A stretch of DNA of 61,513 bases from an uncultured Gemmatimonadales bacterium. Its GTDB lineage: Bacteria; Gemmatimonadota; Gemmatimonadetes; Gemmatimonadales; GWC2-71-9. The translations under genes and the position numbers were made by a program. The notes beneath the pieces are model-generated. The model searched no databases and was not told where the DNA came from. It saw only the letters and a list, made by a program, of their open reading frames with translations. The DNA lies in the NCBI GenBank assembly GCA_965651715.1, contig CBFGTB010000002.1, positions 1-61,513 on the forward strand, in the 5' to 3' direction. This document shows, in pieces, positions 9,995 through 21,145 of the stretch (position 1 is its first letter; each line of letters starts with the position of its first letter).

Positions 9995-10636
9995 ATGCCG
10001 GCGGGGTGTTTGGTTGTGGTCGAAGGCCCTGAGGGCGCCGGCAAGAGCACCCTGATGGTGGGACTTGTCGAGCGGATGCGGGCGCAGCAGGTGGAGCCGG
10101 AGCAGATGCGCGAACCCGGTGGCACCGAGGTCGCCGAAGCGCTGCGGCATCAGTTGCTCGATGCGGAGCGACATTTCACCGCCGAGGCCGAGTTGCTCTA
10201 CATGGTGACAGCTCGGGCCGATCTGGTGGCGCGGCGGATTCGACCGGCTCTGGCGGCCGACCGGGTGGTTTTGTCGGACCGCTTCGATCTCTCGACCTAC
10301 GCCTATCAGGGGGCAGGTCGCGGCATTGATCGCCAGCGAATCGACTGGATCAACGGCATCGCCACCGAGGGGCTGCGGCCCGACATCACCCTGGTACTCG
10401 ACATCGATCCGGCGCAGGGTCGTCGTCGTCAGGGCGCGATCGGCAAGCGGGCCGATCGGATGGAGCGGGAGAGCGAGCAGTTCCACATCCGGGTCGCGGC
10501 GGCCTATCGGGCCGCCGGCGGTCCCGGGGTGCACCACCTCGATGCCACCGCGTCCCCTCGGGCGGTGCTCGATGCGGCGTGGCGTGTGCTGGTCAGTGCA
10601 GCACCCAACCGATTCCGGCCCTGGCCGGAGGAGTAG
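9995..10636 (+). CDS. tmk: Thymidylate kinase
   Basis: P-loop VVVEGPEGAGKST, LSDRFDLSTYAYQG, and a lid region. Confidence 0.92.
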   Translation: MPAGCLVVVEGPEGAGKSTLMVGLVERMRAQQVEPEQMREPGGTEVAEALRHQLLDAERHFTAEAELLYMVTARADLVARRIRPALAADRVVLSDRFDLSTYAYQGAGRGIDRQRIDWINGIATEGLRPDITLVLDIDPAQGRRRQGAIGKRADRMERESEQFHIRVAAAYRAAGGPGVHHLDATASPRAVLDAAWRVLVSAAPNRFRPWPEE

Positions 10637-10641
10637 CGCGA

Positions 10642-12258
10642 ATGAACTCGGAGAACCGGACCACCTCCCCCCATCGCTGGGGCATGGTATTGCTGATCGG
10701 CATCATCTCCTTCGCCAGTGGCGGATGGCTGCTGCATGGCAACGCCGCCGAACCGGAGATGAACAGCGACCAACTCTTCGAGCAGGTGCTCGGTGCGGTC
10801 GAGACGTACTATGTCGATTCACTCTCAACCGACTCGCTGCTTCACAAGGCCACGGCCGGGATGCTGCAGCAACTCGGCGATCCCTATTCGACACTGCTCG
10901 AGGGTGAGGACTTCCGCGCCCTGACCGAACAGACCACCGGAAACTACGGCGGGCTCGGGATTCAGATCGATGTGCGGGACGGCTGGATCACTGTGGTCGC
11001 GCCACTGCCGCAGACACCGGCGGAGCGGGCCGGCATCGAAGCCGGCGATCAGATTGTCACTGTCGGTGGCAAGTCGACTCAAGGACTCGGGCAGGACGAG
11101 GCCGTCAAGACGCTGCGGGGCGCCCCGGGCACGGTTGCCGACATTCAGGTCCGTCGCCCCGGGCTGTCGGAGTTGCTGCCATTCAAGATTACCCGCGAAA
11201 CGATTCATAACCGTTCGGTCCAGCCGGGTGTTCTGGTGACACCGACCATCGGTCTGGTCCAGCTTACGCCGGTGAGCGAGACCTCCGCCGATGAGTTGAA
11301 GGCCGAAATCGATCGGTTGCGCAAGGCGGGCATGACCGGCCTGATTCTCGATCTGCGCGGCAACCCGGGCGGTCTGCTCGATCAGGGGGTGGCGGTATCG
11401 GGTCTGTTCCTCGACCCGGGGCAGCAGATCGTTTCCACCCGCGGGCGCGCCGAAGGAACGTCGATGTCCTTCGCGGCGACCGACGACCAGCACTGGCCCG
11501 ACATGCCGGTGGTGGTGCTTGTCAATCAGTGGACCGCCTCGGCTGCCGAGATCATCTCCGGCGCCCTGCAGGACAATGATCGGGCGGTGGTGGTGGGCGT
11601 TCCGACCTTCGGCAAGGGTCTGGTGCAGTCGCTGTTCCGCCTGGGCAGCACCCGGGCGCTCAAGCTGACCACCGCCCGCTGGTTCACCCCCAGCGGACGA
11701 AGCATTCAACGGGATGCCGCCAACGAAGAGGCGCAGGTGGCGGCGGTTCAGGCCATCGCGGAGGGCAATGACAGCACCGCGCTCGACTCGCTGCCTGAAC
11801 ACAAGACCATCAGCGGGCGCATTGTCCACGGTGGCGGCGGCATCGTACCGGACCGGATCGTGCGCGGCGATACTCTGACCCGCGGCGAGCTGGCCTTTGT
11901 GCGGGGGTTGGGCAGCGATGTGGCGGCCTATCGCGATGCGCTGGTCAGTGTCGCGCTGGCGGCGAAGGAGCAGCGGACGATTCGCCAGGAGGACTTCGTG
12001 GTCAGCGACAGTCTGCGCCAGGAAGTGTTCACCAAATTGGCGGCTCGGGATGTGTCGTTGTCGGACGAGGCTCGGGAGGGCGGGGCCGCTCTGGTGGGCG
12101 ACCAACTCGGCTATGAGCTGGCGCGTTACGTGTTCGGCCGTCAGGCCGAACTCAAGCGCCGCGCGCTTGACGACAGTCAGGTCCAGGCGGCTGTCCAGTT
12201 GCTGAAGGCCGGACCGACTCCGCAGGCGTTGATGGCCGAGATCGTCGGGCACGAATGA
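10642..12258 (+). CDS. S41-family carboxy-terminal processing peptidase
   Basis: N-terminal TM helix. PDZ region GGLGIQI...PAERAGIEAGDQIVTVGG. LDLRGNPGGLL. Catalytic Ser region WTASAAEIISGAL and Lys region TFGKGLVQ. Confidence 0.9.
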   Translation: MNSENRTTSPHRWGMVLLIGIISFASGGWLLHGNAAEPEMNSDQLFEQVLGAVETYYVDSLSTDSLLHKATAGMLQQLGDPYSTLLEGEDFRALTEQTTGNYGGLGIQIDVRDGWITVVAPLPQTPAERAGIEAGDQIVTVGGKSTQGLGQDEAVKTLRGAPGTVADIQVRRPGLSELLPFKITRETIHNRSVQPGVLVTPTIGLVQLTPVSETSADELKAEIDRLRKAGMTGLILDLRGNPGGLLDQGVAVSGLFLDPGQQIVSTRGRAEGTSMSFAATDDQHWPDMPVVVLVNQWTASAAEIISGALQDNDRAVVVGVPTFGKGLVQSLFRLGSTRALKLTTARWFTPSGRSIQRDAANEEAQVAAVQAIAEGNDSTALDSLPEHKTISGRIVHGGGGIVPDRIVRGDTLTRGELAFVRGLGSDVAAYRDALVSVALAAKEQRTIRQEDFVVSDSLRQEVFTKLAARDVSLSDEAREGGAALVGDQLGYELARYVFGRQAELKRRALDDSQVQAAVQLLKAGPTPQALMAEIVGHE

Positions 12259-13082
12259 CGCCCGGCGCGGTCGCGGTGGTGGGAGGGGGGCGCGTCGGGC
12301 AATCGCTCGCACGCGCCCTGGTGCATTTGAGCCGGCCGACGGCCGTGCTCGCTCGCGCTCCGCGCACTTTCACTGCGCCGCTGGGTCCGGCGGTGACCGA
12401 CTGGTCGCCGGCTGTGGCGGCGGCCGACCTGATTGTGATCGCGGTTCCCGACGACGCGGTGAGCGAGGTGGCCGTCCGGTTGGATGCCTCCGGCGCGGTG
12501 AGCCGTCACCAGGTGGTACTGCACTGTTCGGGGCGGCACGATCGCAGCGCCCTGGCGCCGTTGGAGCACCGGGGCGCCGCGCTGGGGTCGTGGCATCCGG
12601 TGGTGGGCTTCCGTGACGAAGCCACCGAGCTGGCCGGTGTCGCAGCGGTGATCGAGGGCGACGCGCGGGCGCTCAGGGCGGCGCGGGCGCTGGCGCAGGA
12701 CCTCGGTATGGCGCCGATCCGGGAGATTACTGCGGCGGCGAAGCCCGGCTATCACGCGGCGGCGGTCTTTGCCTCGAACTATCTGGTGGTCATGGCGGCG
12801 ATCGCCGACCGGCTGACGACAGCGGCCGGGGTCGGTTCGGCTGCCGAATTGTTCGGTCCGCTGATGCGCCGCGCGGTGGATGATGTCGTGGCGCGCGGGC
12901 CGGGGGCGGCCCTCACCGGTCCGATCCTGCGGGGCGACGTGGCGACGGTGCGGGCCCACCTGGATTCTCTGGACGCCGCCACCGCAGCGCTGTACCGGGC
13001 CTTGGGGCGTGAGGCGCTGGAACTGGCGGCGACCGAGGTGCCACCAGAGGCCATTGCTGAGTTGCGGCGGCTGCTGGGTTGA
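12255..13082 (+). CDS. Rossmann-fold NADP oxidoreductase-like protein with a DUF2520-like C-terminus
   Basis: VAVVGGGRVGQSLA dinucleotide-binding motif and a ProC-like layout. ATGA overlap with the peptidase gene. Confidence 0.6.
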   Translation: MTPGAVAVVGGGRVGQSLARALVHLSRPTAVLARAPRTFTAPLGPAVTDWSPAVAAADLIVIAVPDDAVSEVAVRLDASGAVSRHQVVLHCSGRHDRSALAPLEHRGAALGSWHPVVGFRDEATELAGVAAVIEGDARALRAARALAQDLGMAPIREITAAAKPGYHAAAVFASNYLVVMAAIADRLTTAAGVGSAAELFGPLMRRAVDDVVARGPGAALTGPILRGDVATVRAHLDSLDAATAALYRALGREALELAATEVPPEAIAELRRLLG

Positions 13083-13164
13083 TCGGCACCGGATCGGTTC
13101 TCCGTCTGATTCTGGCGCCTCTCAGGCGCTGGCGGTCGTCTCCCAATCACGTATCATATGAGTC

Positions 13165-14475
13165 ATGAGTGCTCGCTTCAGCCTGCCCGCCAGGCACGGC
13201 TCTATGGTGAGTTCCCGTTGGTATGGCATCTGGCTGCTCGCTGCAGTCGGGTGCCATGCCGCTGCCACTCCACCTTCTGACATCATGTTCAGTGCCCGTG
13301 ACTCGGCGGGCACCAGGATCGCTGTCAATCGGGTGACGGATGAGGCGGCGGTTCCCGCGATCGGGGTGGACTCAGCCCCCATGACGGAGATTGCGCAGGC
13401 GGTCGATACCGCCGCGCGGCTGCTCGACGTCCTCGATGCCACCATCCTGGCCGATGACCGTATTGCCATCCTCAGTCGCCAGGCGGCTCAGCTCTTGATC
13501 TACGATCAGAGTGGCCGATTCGTCAGCGCGATCGGGCGGCGCGGAGACGGCCCGGGTGAACTCCGTGATCCGATCGGAGTGCGCCAGGACACCGCGGGCC
13601 GTCTGGTGGTCTGGGAGCGATTGTTCGGTCCCCAGACGATGTACGACACAGCAGGACGGGTCGTAGCAGTTCAGCACACGGATCTGCGGCGTGTCTCGAC
13701 TGCTTTGGGCGACTCGCTCGTCAGTGAACGACAGCTTCCGACCTCTGACGGTGGCCGTGTGGTGATCGCCCGGGTCATTCATGCGGGGAGCCGAACGACA
13801 GTGGCGGCTGAGCCGACTCGGCCACCGGGGTATATCGCCCTGCTCGACAGTGCCTTCTCGTTGACTCTGCTGGGCCGTTACGACGGCGCCGAGATGTATC
13901 CGGTGCGCGTCGGAGGGCGATCGGCGATGATGATGGGGTTCCTGTTCCGCCGCTCGATCGTGAGCGTGGCGAGCCATCCCACACGGATCCTTGCTGCGAC
14001 GGGTGGGAGCGACGACGTGATCGATGTATGGACGCCTTCGGGTCGGCTGGCACTGAAGATCCGACGTGAGCGTCCGGTCCGGCGCATCGAGGACAGCATC
14101 GTGGCCCGGATGCGATCGTCGTGGCTCGGCTACGGCGAGACGGTCTTCGGCCCCGGCTCGGGCGACGCCGCCCTGGCGCAGCTTCCCGATCAGTCAACCT
14201 ATCCCGCGATTCTCGATCTGAAAGGCGATGATCGCGGTTGCATCTGGGCCCGCGACGGGATGTACCAGTGGAGCGTCTTTTCGCGCCAGGGGCGCTGGGT
14301 TGCCCGGGTGCATATCCCGCTGCTCCGGGTCTTCGATATTCGGGACGGGTCGGTTCTCGGTGCCGTGGCGGACCAGGACGGGTTCGTCACAGTCCGTCGC
14401 TACCGCCTGGCGCAGCAGCCGTGCCCCGCCGCTACTGCCGCTGTTCCACCACCCGGACGCCCGAGGGAATCGTAA
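13165..14475 (+). CDS. 6-bladed beta-propeller-like lipoprotein (paralog 1 of 3)
   Basis: Lipobox LLAAVGC. The motif [27 protein letters not shown] is shared with the gene at 27028. Its 3' end overlaps lolA by 44 nt. Confidence 0.6.
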   Translation: MSARFSLPARHGSMVSSRWYGIWLLAAVGCHAAATPPSDIMFSARDSAGTRIAVNRVTDEAAVPAIGVDSAPMTEIAQAVDTAARLLDVLDATILADDRIAILSRQAAQLLIYDQSGRFVSAIGRRGDGPGELRDPIGVRQDTAGRLVVWERLFGPQTMYDTAGRVVAVQHTDLRRVSTALGDSLVSERQLPTSDGGRVVIARVIHAGSRTTVAAEPTRPPGYIALLDSAFSLTLLGRYDGAEMYPVRVGGRSAMMMGFLFRRSIVSVASHPTRILAATGGSDDVIDVWTPSGRLALKIRRERPVRRIEDSIVARMRSSWLGYGETVFGPGSGDAALAQLPDQSTYPAILDLKGDDRGCIWARDGMYQWSVFSRQGRWVARVHIPLLRVFDIRDGSVLGAVADQDGFVTVRRYRLAQQPCPAATAAVPPPGRPRES

Positions 14476-15091
14476 ATACGAAGGTGCTGGCCGGGATGGT
14501 GGAGTTGGTACGAAGATGGTTCAATGTCAGATGGCGCACGAACAGTTTCTCGTCGATCTCGAACTTGCGGGGCAGGGCGCTCTCGCGGTCGATCCAGAGA
14601 CGGGCGCGGCGGAACGGCATGGTGGGCACCAGCGGCTCCAGCAGCAGCACATCGGTTCGGGCACCGTCGACCCGGTCTTCCTGGACATAGCTGACGCGGT
14701 ACTTCTCCAGCGGGCGGTCGAGGAACCATCCCAGCAGGTCATACTCATACACGGGCCCGGTGGGCATCGGCATCTTCATCACCTGACCCGGGTTCTCCTC
14801 GGGGTTGTAGAACCAGGCATGAGTACCGTCGAGGATGAACGCCGTGCCGGCCGGATCGGTGAACCGCATCGCGAAGCGATTACCGGCCTGATACAGGGTG
14901 CCGCGGGTTTCCGGCTGATCCACCCGCGGATCGTCGATCTTCTGGCGGAAGTCGGCCCGGAACGAGGTCAGCGTCTGGTAGGCCCGCGCGGCGCGGGTGA
15001 TAATCTGCTCGGCGTCGGCAGCCGATTGCGCCCGCAGGGCAGTCGGGGCCAGCAGCAGCAGCATCAGCAGCCACCCGCGCCGCGCCATCAT
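14432..15091 (-). CDS. lolA: Outer-membrane lipoprotein carrier protein LolA
   Basis: Signal peptide [22 protein letters not shown]. Motifs TSFRADFRQ and [12 protein letters not shown]. About 220 aa. Confidence 0.75.
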   Translation of the reverse strand: MMARRGWLLMLLLLAPTALRAQSAADAEQIITRAARAYQTLTSFRADFRQKIDDPRVDQPETRGTLYQAGNRFAMRFTDPAGTAFILDGTHAWFYNPEENPGQVMKMPMPTGPVYEYDLLGWFLDRPLEKYRVSYVQEDRVDGARTDVLLLEPLVPTMPFRRARLWIDRESALPRKFEIDEKLFVRHLTLNHLRTNSTIPASTFVFTIPSGVRVVEQRQ

Positions 15092-16128
15092 CCCACCGCC
15101 GCCGGCGTGGGGACGACGCTCCGTCCGATCACTTCGGCGATGGCTGCGACCTCGCGCATCATCCGCTCGAACTGCTCCGGGAACAGCGATTGCGCCCCGT
15201 CGGACATCGCCTGTTCGGGATTGGGGTGGACCTCGATCAGCAGGCCGTCGGCGCCGGCCGCGATCGCGGCGCGGGCCATGGGGGGCACCATGTCGCGGTG
15301 GCCGGTGCCGTGGCTGGGGTCGGCGACGATCGGCAGATGTGACAGGCCATGGACCACGGCGATCGCCGCGAGGTCGAACAGATTGCGGGTGGTGGTATCG
15401 AAGGAGCGAATACCGCGCTCGCAGAGAATCACGTGAGGATTGCCCTCACTCAGGATGTACTCGGCCGAGAGCAGCAGCTCGGGAATCGTGGCCGCGAGGC
15501 CGCGCTTGAGCAGGATCGGCTTGCGGAGACGACCACATTCCTTGAGCAAGGAGTAGTTCTGCATGTTGCGGGCGCCGATCTGGATGATGTCGGCGGTTTC
15601 CGCGACCAGGGCCAGGCCGGCAGGGTCCATCGCCTCCGTGATGATCAGCAGGCCGGTTTCCTCGCGGGCCAGTGCGAGCAGTTCCAGGCCGGCCTTGCCC
15701 AATCCCTGAAAGGCATAGGGCGATGAGCGCGGCTTGAACGCCCCGGCGCGGAGCACCGTGGCGCCGGCGGCCTTCACCTGCCGAGCCGCGGTCAGGATCT
15801 GTTGCTCGTTCTCGACCGAGCAGGGGCCCGCCATCACCACCACCTCGCGGCCCCCGACTGCCGATCCATCGGGCAGCGGCACCCGGGTCGGTTCGGCTTT
15901 CCACTCGCGGGACACCTGCTTATACGGCTTGGACACATGAATTACTTCGGCCACGCCGGCGAGCCCGCCCAGGCGCGATTCGTCGACCCGGCCGTCGTTG
16001 CCGACCAGGCCCACCGTGGTGCGCTGGCGACCCGGCATCGGGCGCGCCTCGTACCCCATGGCGGCAATGACTGTGACGACATTCTGAATTTCGTCGTTGC
16101 TGGCGTCCTGCTTCATCACGATCAACAT
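15088..16128 (-). CDS. aroF: 3-deoxy-7-phosphoheptulonate (DAHP) synthase, type I-beta, with an N-terminal ferredoxin/ACT-like regulatory domain
   Basis: N-terminus [21 protein letters not shown], then [28 protein letters not shown] and DPSHGTG. Confidence 0.9.
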   Translation of the reverse strand: MLIVMKQDASNDEIQNVVTVIAAMGYEARPMPGRQRTTVGLVGNDGRVDESRLGGLAGVAEVIHVSKPYKQVSREWKAEPTRVPLPDGSAVGGREVVVMAGPCSVENEQQILTAARQVKAAGATVLRAGAFKPRSSPYAFQGLGKAGLELLALAREETGLLIITEAMDPAGLALVAETADIIQIGARNMQNYSLLKECGRLRKPILLKRGLAATIPELLLSAEYILSEGNPHVILCERGIRSFDTTTRNLFDLAAIAVVHGLSHLPIVADPSHGTGHRDMVPPMARAAIAAGADGLLIEVHPNPEQAMSDGAQSLFPEQFERMMREVAAIAEVIGRSVVPTPAAVG

Positions 16129-16153
16129 GGTGCAAATATCCTGTCAGTCCGGG

Positions 16154-19100
16154 TCAAGCGGCCTCGATTTGCTCACCGAGTCGGACGCCCACGATGGTGG
16201 AGACGCCCGGTTCCTGCATGGTGACACCGTACACACTGTCCGCCGCCTGCATGGTACGGGGGTTATGGGTAATGACAACAAACTGGGTCTGCGCCTTAAA
16301 CTCGTCGAGCAGGCGAAGGAACCGGCCGACGTTGGCATCGTCGAGCGGCGCGTCCACTTCGTCCATCAGACAGAAGGGGCTCGGCTTGGTCAGGTAAATC
16401 GAGAACAGCAACGATGACGCGACCAGGGTGCGTTCGCCCGAGGACAGCAGATGGATCCGCTGGGTCCGCTTGCCGCGCGGGGCGGCGTGAATCTCGATTT
16501 CCGATTCGAGCGGGTCGTCGGGGTCGCTGAGGCGAAGATCACACTCGCCCCCGCCGAAGAGAGTCTGGAAGACGTTGATGAAGTTGGTGCGTACCGCAGT
16601 GAACGTCTCAAGGAACAGCGCCTTGGCAGTGCCATCGATTTCCCGGATGGCCTGGAGCAGCGATTGACGCGCCGCGACCAGGTCGGCGAGCTGGTTCTGC
16701 AAGAACGCCAGCCGCTGGCTCTCCTCGGCGTGCTCTTCCATGGCCAGCGGGTTGACCACGCCGATCGCCTCCAGCGCCGTGGTGATCCGCTCGGCCTCCT
16801 CCTCGAGGGTCGCAAGATCGGCATCCACGTCGGGCGCCAGCGCGACCAGGTCCTCGAAGGGGCGCTTCCATTCGGTTTCGACTCGCTCCACCACCCGGCG
16901 GCGCTCGGCCTTGGCCTCGGTGACGTCGATGGCGAGCCGGTGATGTTCTTCGCTGCGTTGCTCCAGCTCGTGACGGGCCTGGTGCAATGCCCGTTCGGCT
17001 GCCTCAAGCTGCTGCTCGGCCGCCTGGAGCGTTCCGGCCGCTTCACCGGCTGCGGTTTCCAATGCGATCAGCGCGGCCGCGCGCTCGTCACGCCCGGTCT
17101 GCCAGGCGGCACGCTCGGCATCGAGGGCGGCGGTATCGGACTCCAGCCGGCTGATCTCATCGGTGCGGAGCTGCTCGGCCTGATCGGCTTCGCTGATGAT
17201 GCGGGTGGCGCGTTCAATGGTCGCCTGGGCCGCACGCAGGCGCGCTGTGACGTGGGCCTGCTGCACCTGCCATTCACTGCGCGCCTCGCGGGCCGCTTCC
17301 TGGGCGGTGTCGGCCTCGGTCAACCGGGCGCGCTCGGCGGCGAGGTTGTCATCAAGCTCGCGGCGGCGCGCCGTTCCCGACTCCAGCAGGCCGGTGATCT
17401 CGTCGCGGCGCGCGATGCCGCGCTCGCGGCGATCGGCAAGTCGGGCCAGTTGGGATTCGAGTTCGCCCAGTTCACGGTCGAGATTTCCCAGCCGCCGTTC
17501 AAGATCGGCCCGGGTGGCCCCGGCTTGCCGTTCCTGCTCGCGCAGAGCTGCTGCCTGCTGTTCGCCGGCGGCGGCGGCGGCTTCCAACTCCGCCAGTTCG
17601 GCGGCGGTGGCGCTGACCCGCTGATCGGCGCTGCTGAATGTCGCAGTGGTGGCGGTGATCGCGCGCGCCAGATCGCGCAGTTCCGCCCGGCGCCGAATCG
17701 GCCCGCTGGTCGCCGCAGGACCGGTCAACCAGACCGAGCCATCAACCCGGCGGACGCCGCGGCCCTGCTCCAGCGCCCGCGTGCCGCCGATCAATGCCGC
17801 GACCCAGGGGACGGCGATCTCGTCGACCCGGAGACGACTGTCGACTGCGCCGGTCGCCGTCTGCGGCCCGGGATCGACCGGCAGCAGAATCAGGGTGCCC
17901 GGCTGTTCCCGCTGGTGCCAGGCCTGGATCTCCCGCACTGTGGCTTCGTCGCGCACCAACACGGCATGGACAAAATCGCCCAGCAGTTGTTCGGCCAGGT
18001 CGGCCTCGTCGCCGGCCACTGCAATCACGTCGGCCAGGGTCCCGATGACGCGGTCGCCGAAGTCGCTGCGGCGGCTCAACAGTGCCGCTGCCGCCGGGGC
18101 CACCCCCACCCGGTCCCGCTCCAAGGCACTCAGCGCCGACTGCCGGGCGGTGAGTGTGGCAAGTTCTTCTTCCAGCGCCCTCCGCTCGGCCACTTCCCGG
18201 GCCTCGCGATCGCGGGTCTCGCGCAACCGCAGCCGCGCCTGCTCGGCGTGCGCCGCCCCGTGGCGGGCCGCGTCGGCCTCGCGCTCGGCGACAGCACGCG
18301 CCTCGACCAACCGCTCGGCGGTGCTGCGGCGATCATCACTCAACTGGGCGCGATGGGCCTCGGCTTCGGCGATACGATCGTGGAGTGACGCCAGTTCGCC
18401 ATCGAGCGCCATCCGCTCACCTTCGAGCTGGCGCTGGGTCTCGGCATGCTGCTGAAGTGCCTGTTCGGTCGCCGCCACCCGAGCGCGCAGCTCGGCGACC
18501 TGCTGCCGCCCCTGCTGCTCCACCGCACTGCGTCCGGCCAACTCGGTCCCGATCCGTTCGGCTTCGGTCGTGGCACTCTGGTGATCGGCCGTGGCGGACT
18601 CGAGGTCAAGCCGAGCCTGATCGCGACGCTGCTGCAGATCGGCTCGCTCGGTCAGGGCGCGTTGCCGTCGTTCGGCCGCATGGGCGATCCGCTCGGCCGC
18701 GACAGCGAGGTCCCCCTCGAGCCGACCCAGTTCGAGTCGGGCCGCGGCCAGATCATCGGCCATGGCGCGGCGATGCTGTTCGGCTGTGGCCCGGGCTGCT
18801 GCCGCTGCCTCCCGCTGCTGCTCGGTCTGCGCGAGCTGGGCGCGCAGATGCGGGAGCTGCTCGGCCAATTCGCTGTGGCGCTGCTCCCAGGAGCGGGTAT
18901 CCTCGGCGAGACGATCCAATTGCCGACTCGCCAGCGCGATGGTGACGGCGAAGCGCTCCTCCGACAGCGCCTTATGCCGCTCGGCCTTGCCCTTCTGACG
19001 CGCCAGCGAGCGCAACTGCGACTGGACTTCGGCGATGAGATCCTCGAGCCGCTGCAGATCGGTGCCGGTTTCCTCCAGCCGCCGCGCTGTGGCATGGCGG

Positions 19101-19618
19101 CGGTCGCGGTACAGCCCGACGCCGGCCGCCTCTTCGAACAGTGAACGGCGTTCATCGGCGCGGTCGGAGAGCAGCAGATCGATCAACTTGGCTTCGATTA
19201 CCACCCCGGCGTCGCCGCCCAGGCCGGTCCCGCGCAGCAGGTCCTGAATGTCGCGCAGCCGCACCGTGCTGCGATTGAGCAGATATTCACTCTGACCGCT
19301 GCGCGACAGCCGACGGGTGATCACCACCTCGGTGAACGGGGTGGGCAGTTGACCATCGCTGTTGTCGAGATGGAGCGACACTTCGGTCACGTTGACCGGG
19401 CGCCGGCCGGTCGCGCCCTGGAAGATGACGTCTTCCATCTTACCGCCCCGCAGCAGCCGGGCCGACTGCTCGCCGAGCACCCAGCGCACCGCATCCGAGA
19501 CATTCGACTTGCCACAGCCATTGGGGCCGACGATCGCGGTTACGCCGGCCTCGAAATCGAGGGTGACGGTATCGGCGAACGACTTGAAGCCGGACAGCTC
19601 CAGCTTGGAAAGCTTCAT
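16154..19618 (-). CDS. smc: Chromosome segregation protein SMC
   Basis: MKLSKLELSGFKSF, Walker A GPNGCGKSNVSDA, a long coiled coil with a hinge, signature LSSGERTL, and Walker B CLMDEVDAPLD. Confidence 0.97.
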   Translation of the reverse strand: MKLSKLELSGFKSFADTVTLDFEAGVTAIVGPNGCGKSNVSDAVRWVLGEQSARLLRGGKMEDVIFQGATGRRPVNVTEVSLHLDNSDGQLPTPFTEVVITRRLSRSGQSEYLLNRSTVRLRDIQDLLRGTGLGGDAGVVIEAKLIDLLLSDRADERRSLFEEAAGVGLYRDRRHATARRLEETGTDLQRLEDLIAEVQSQLRSLARQKGKAERHKALSEERFAVTIALASRQLDRLAEDTRSWEQRHSELAEQLPHLRAQLAQTEQQREAAAAARATAEQHRRAMADDLAAARLELGRLEGDLAVAAERIAHAAERRQRALTERADLQQRRDQARLDLESATADHQSATTEAERIGTELAGRSAVEQQGRQQVAELRARVAATEQALQQHAETQRQLEGERMALDGELASLHDRIAEAEAHRAQLSDDRRSTAERLVEARAVAEREADAARHGAAHAEQARLRLRETRDREAREVAERRALEEELATLTARQSALSALERDRVGVAPAAAALLSRRSDFGDRVIGTLADVIAVAGDEADLAEQLLGDFVHAVLVRDEATVREIQAWHQREQPGTLILLPVDPGPQTATGAVDSRLRVDEIAVPWVAALIGGTRALEQGRGVRRVDGSVWLTGPAATSGPIRRRAELRDLARAITATTATFSSADQRVSATAAELAELEAAAAAGEQQAAALREQERQAGATRADLERRLGNLDRELGELESQLARLADRRERGIARRDEITGLLESGTARRRELDDNLAAERARLTEADTAQEAAREARSEWQVQQAHVTARLRAAQATIERATRIISEADQAEQLRTDEISRLESDTAALDAERAAWQTGRDERAAALIALETAAGEAAGTLQAAEQQLEAAERALHQARHELEQRSEEHHRLAIDVTEAKAERRRVVERVETEWKRPFEDLVALAPDVDADLATLEEEAERITTALEAIGVVNPLAMEEHAEESQRLAFLQNQLADLVAARQSLLQAIREIDGTAKALFLETFTAVRTNFINVFQTLFGGGECDLRLSDPDDPLESEIEIHAAPRGKRTQRIHLLSSGERTLVASSLLFSIYLTKPSPFCLMDEVDAPLDDANVGRFLRLLDEFKAQTQFVVITHNPRTMQAADSVYGVTMQEPGVSTIVGVRLGEQIEAA

Positions 19619-19711
19619 CAGCAGGAACGGGAAGGGGTTCGGCACGAAGGCGCCGACCTCGCCGGGGGCGAGGAGGCGCCGGAATGCCTCAAGATAGCAG
19701 GGTCCGCGGCC

Positions 19712-21145
19712 TCAGGGATCGAACGATTCCGGTGACATGACGAAGTAGGGCCGCCCCAGCCGGCGTCCATCGGCATCGGCAGCTTCGCGGCTGGGATACG
19801 GCCCGGCAACCACCCGGTAGCCGTCGCCTTCGGCCCGGGGATCGAGCACCTGAGCCGGGTAGCCGATTTCGCTCAACTGCTTGGCCTGGGCCCGGGCCCA
19901 GCCGGCGTTCTGGGATTGGGAGAGCTGGATGTAAATCCGCTCCTCGGGGGCGGCACCGCTGGAGTCGGCGGCGCCCGCCTCGGCGGGGACGGTCCCGCCG
20001 TCGCCGGGATCGAGGGCCACGCTGGACTGGGCCGGCAGCCGGGGCGCATCGTCGGCGGGGGCCCAGGGGAGCTGGAGGAAACGGTCGGCGGCGGCGTCGC
20101 TCAGCCGGTGCCGGGCCACCGGCGGCGAGGCCATGATGTCCCAGGCCACGACATCGCTGCCCGATCGGACCACCAGGGTCCGCCCGCCGCTGACCAGCGG
20201 CAGGTCGTCGGCCCAGGGGGCCTTGATGGTGGCAACCCGTTCGCGCCGAACCAGATCGATCAACCAGAGCGAATCACCTCGGGCCGGCTGGGCCAGCAGC
20301 CATCGGCCTGAGCGGTCGGGCCGCAGTTCCCGGGCCGGCCCGGGGAGCTGGAGACGGGCGATCTCATCCCAGGTGAAGCGGTCGAGGAAGACCAGGTCGC
20401 CGTCGCCGCGGGCGACGTAGAGCCGATGGGCCGACGGCGAAAAGGCACTGGTGATCGGCGTGCCGTCGAGCGGCACGAACTGGGGCGGCTGATCGGTGGC
20501 CGGTTCGACCACCACCAGGCCGCTGTCGGTGGTGATGACCTGCACATCGCCGAACCAACTGCTGGCGAGGGTGCCGGCCGGGACGGCAAATTCGTTGACC
20601 ACGCCGGCTTCCTTGCGCACCTGCAACCGACCGGTGGACGGCGAGTAGGAGGCGACTCCGCTGGCGAGGCCGGGGGCCCGCACCAGTTGCACGTCGTTGC
20701 CACTCAGCGGGCCGCCCGGGAGTCGGGTGCTGCTGCGGCCGCGGAAGATCAGCGGGCGTCCGGCGGAGTCGAGTGCCAGCACGGCACCATCGGCAGTGCC
20801 GGTGACCCGTCGAACGTCGGTGAGGTAGGGCCGTTCGCGTCGGGCGATCAGGTCGATACCGATGACCTCGCCGTCATCGTTGACGGCGTAGACCATCCGG
20901 TCGTCGAGATCGGTGCCCAGTCCGCGGGTGATCGGCGGCAGGCTGCCGCGGATCTGCCACGCCAGGGGGGTGAGCGAATCGGCCCGGTAGAGATGGGCCG
21001 ATCCGCCGTCATGGGGCAGTCGCAGCAGCGACCCCTCGTCGGGGATCCCGCGCGGCAGCTTGCGCGGGCCGAGCGGGGCGGCATCGCCGGCACAGCCGAG
21101 CAGCAGCAGCCCGCCGATCAGACCGAGCAGCAGACGTGACTGCAT
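19712..21145 (-). CDS. Lipoprotein with a beta-propeller-like repeat region and a C-terminal SPOR (peptidoglycan-binding) domain
   Basis: Lipobox LLLLGCAG. C-terminus IYIQLSQSQNAGWARAQAKQL...GYRVVAGPYPSREAADADGRRL is SPOR-like. The ATG overlaps the upstream stop (ATGA at 21143-21147). Confidence 0.7.
   Translation of the reverse strand: MQSRLLLGLIGGLLLLGCAGDAAPLGPRKLPRGIPDEGSLLRLPHDGGSAHLYRADSLTPLAWQIRGSLPPITRGLGTDLDDRMVYAVNDDGEVIGIDLIARRERPYLTDVRRVTGTADGAVLALDSAGRPLIFRGRSSTRLPGGPLSGNDVQLVRAPGLASGVASYSPSTGRLQVRKEAGVVNEFAVPAGTLASSWFGDVQVITTDSGLVVVEPATDQPPQFVPLDGTPITSAFSPSAHRLYVARGDGDLVFLDRFTWDEIARLQLPGPARELRPDRSGRWLLAQPARGDSLWLIDLVRRERVATIKAPWADDLPLVSGGRTLVVRSGSDVVAWDIMASPPVARHRLSDAAADRFLQLPWAPADDAPRLPAQSSVALDPGDGGTVPAEAGAADSSGAAPEERIYIQLSQSQNAGWARAQAKQLSEIGYPAQVLDPRAEGDGYRVVAGPYPSREAADADGRRLGRPYFVMSPESFDP

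Noticed and set aside
16451-18388. A 645-aa ORF on the plus strand, with several other long ORFs in the same span.
   Set aside because: It lies entirely antisense to smc, whose identity is unambiguous. Its translation is Arg/Gly/Ala/Pro-rich low complexity with no motifs. It is the expected artefact of stop-codon scarcity in very GC-rich DNA.
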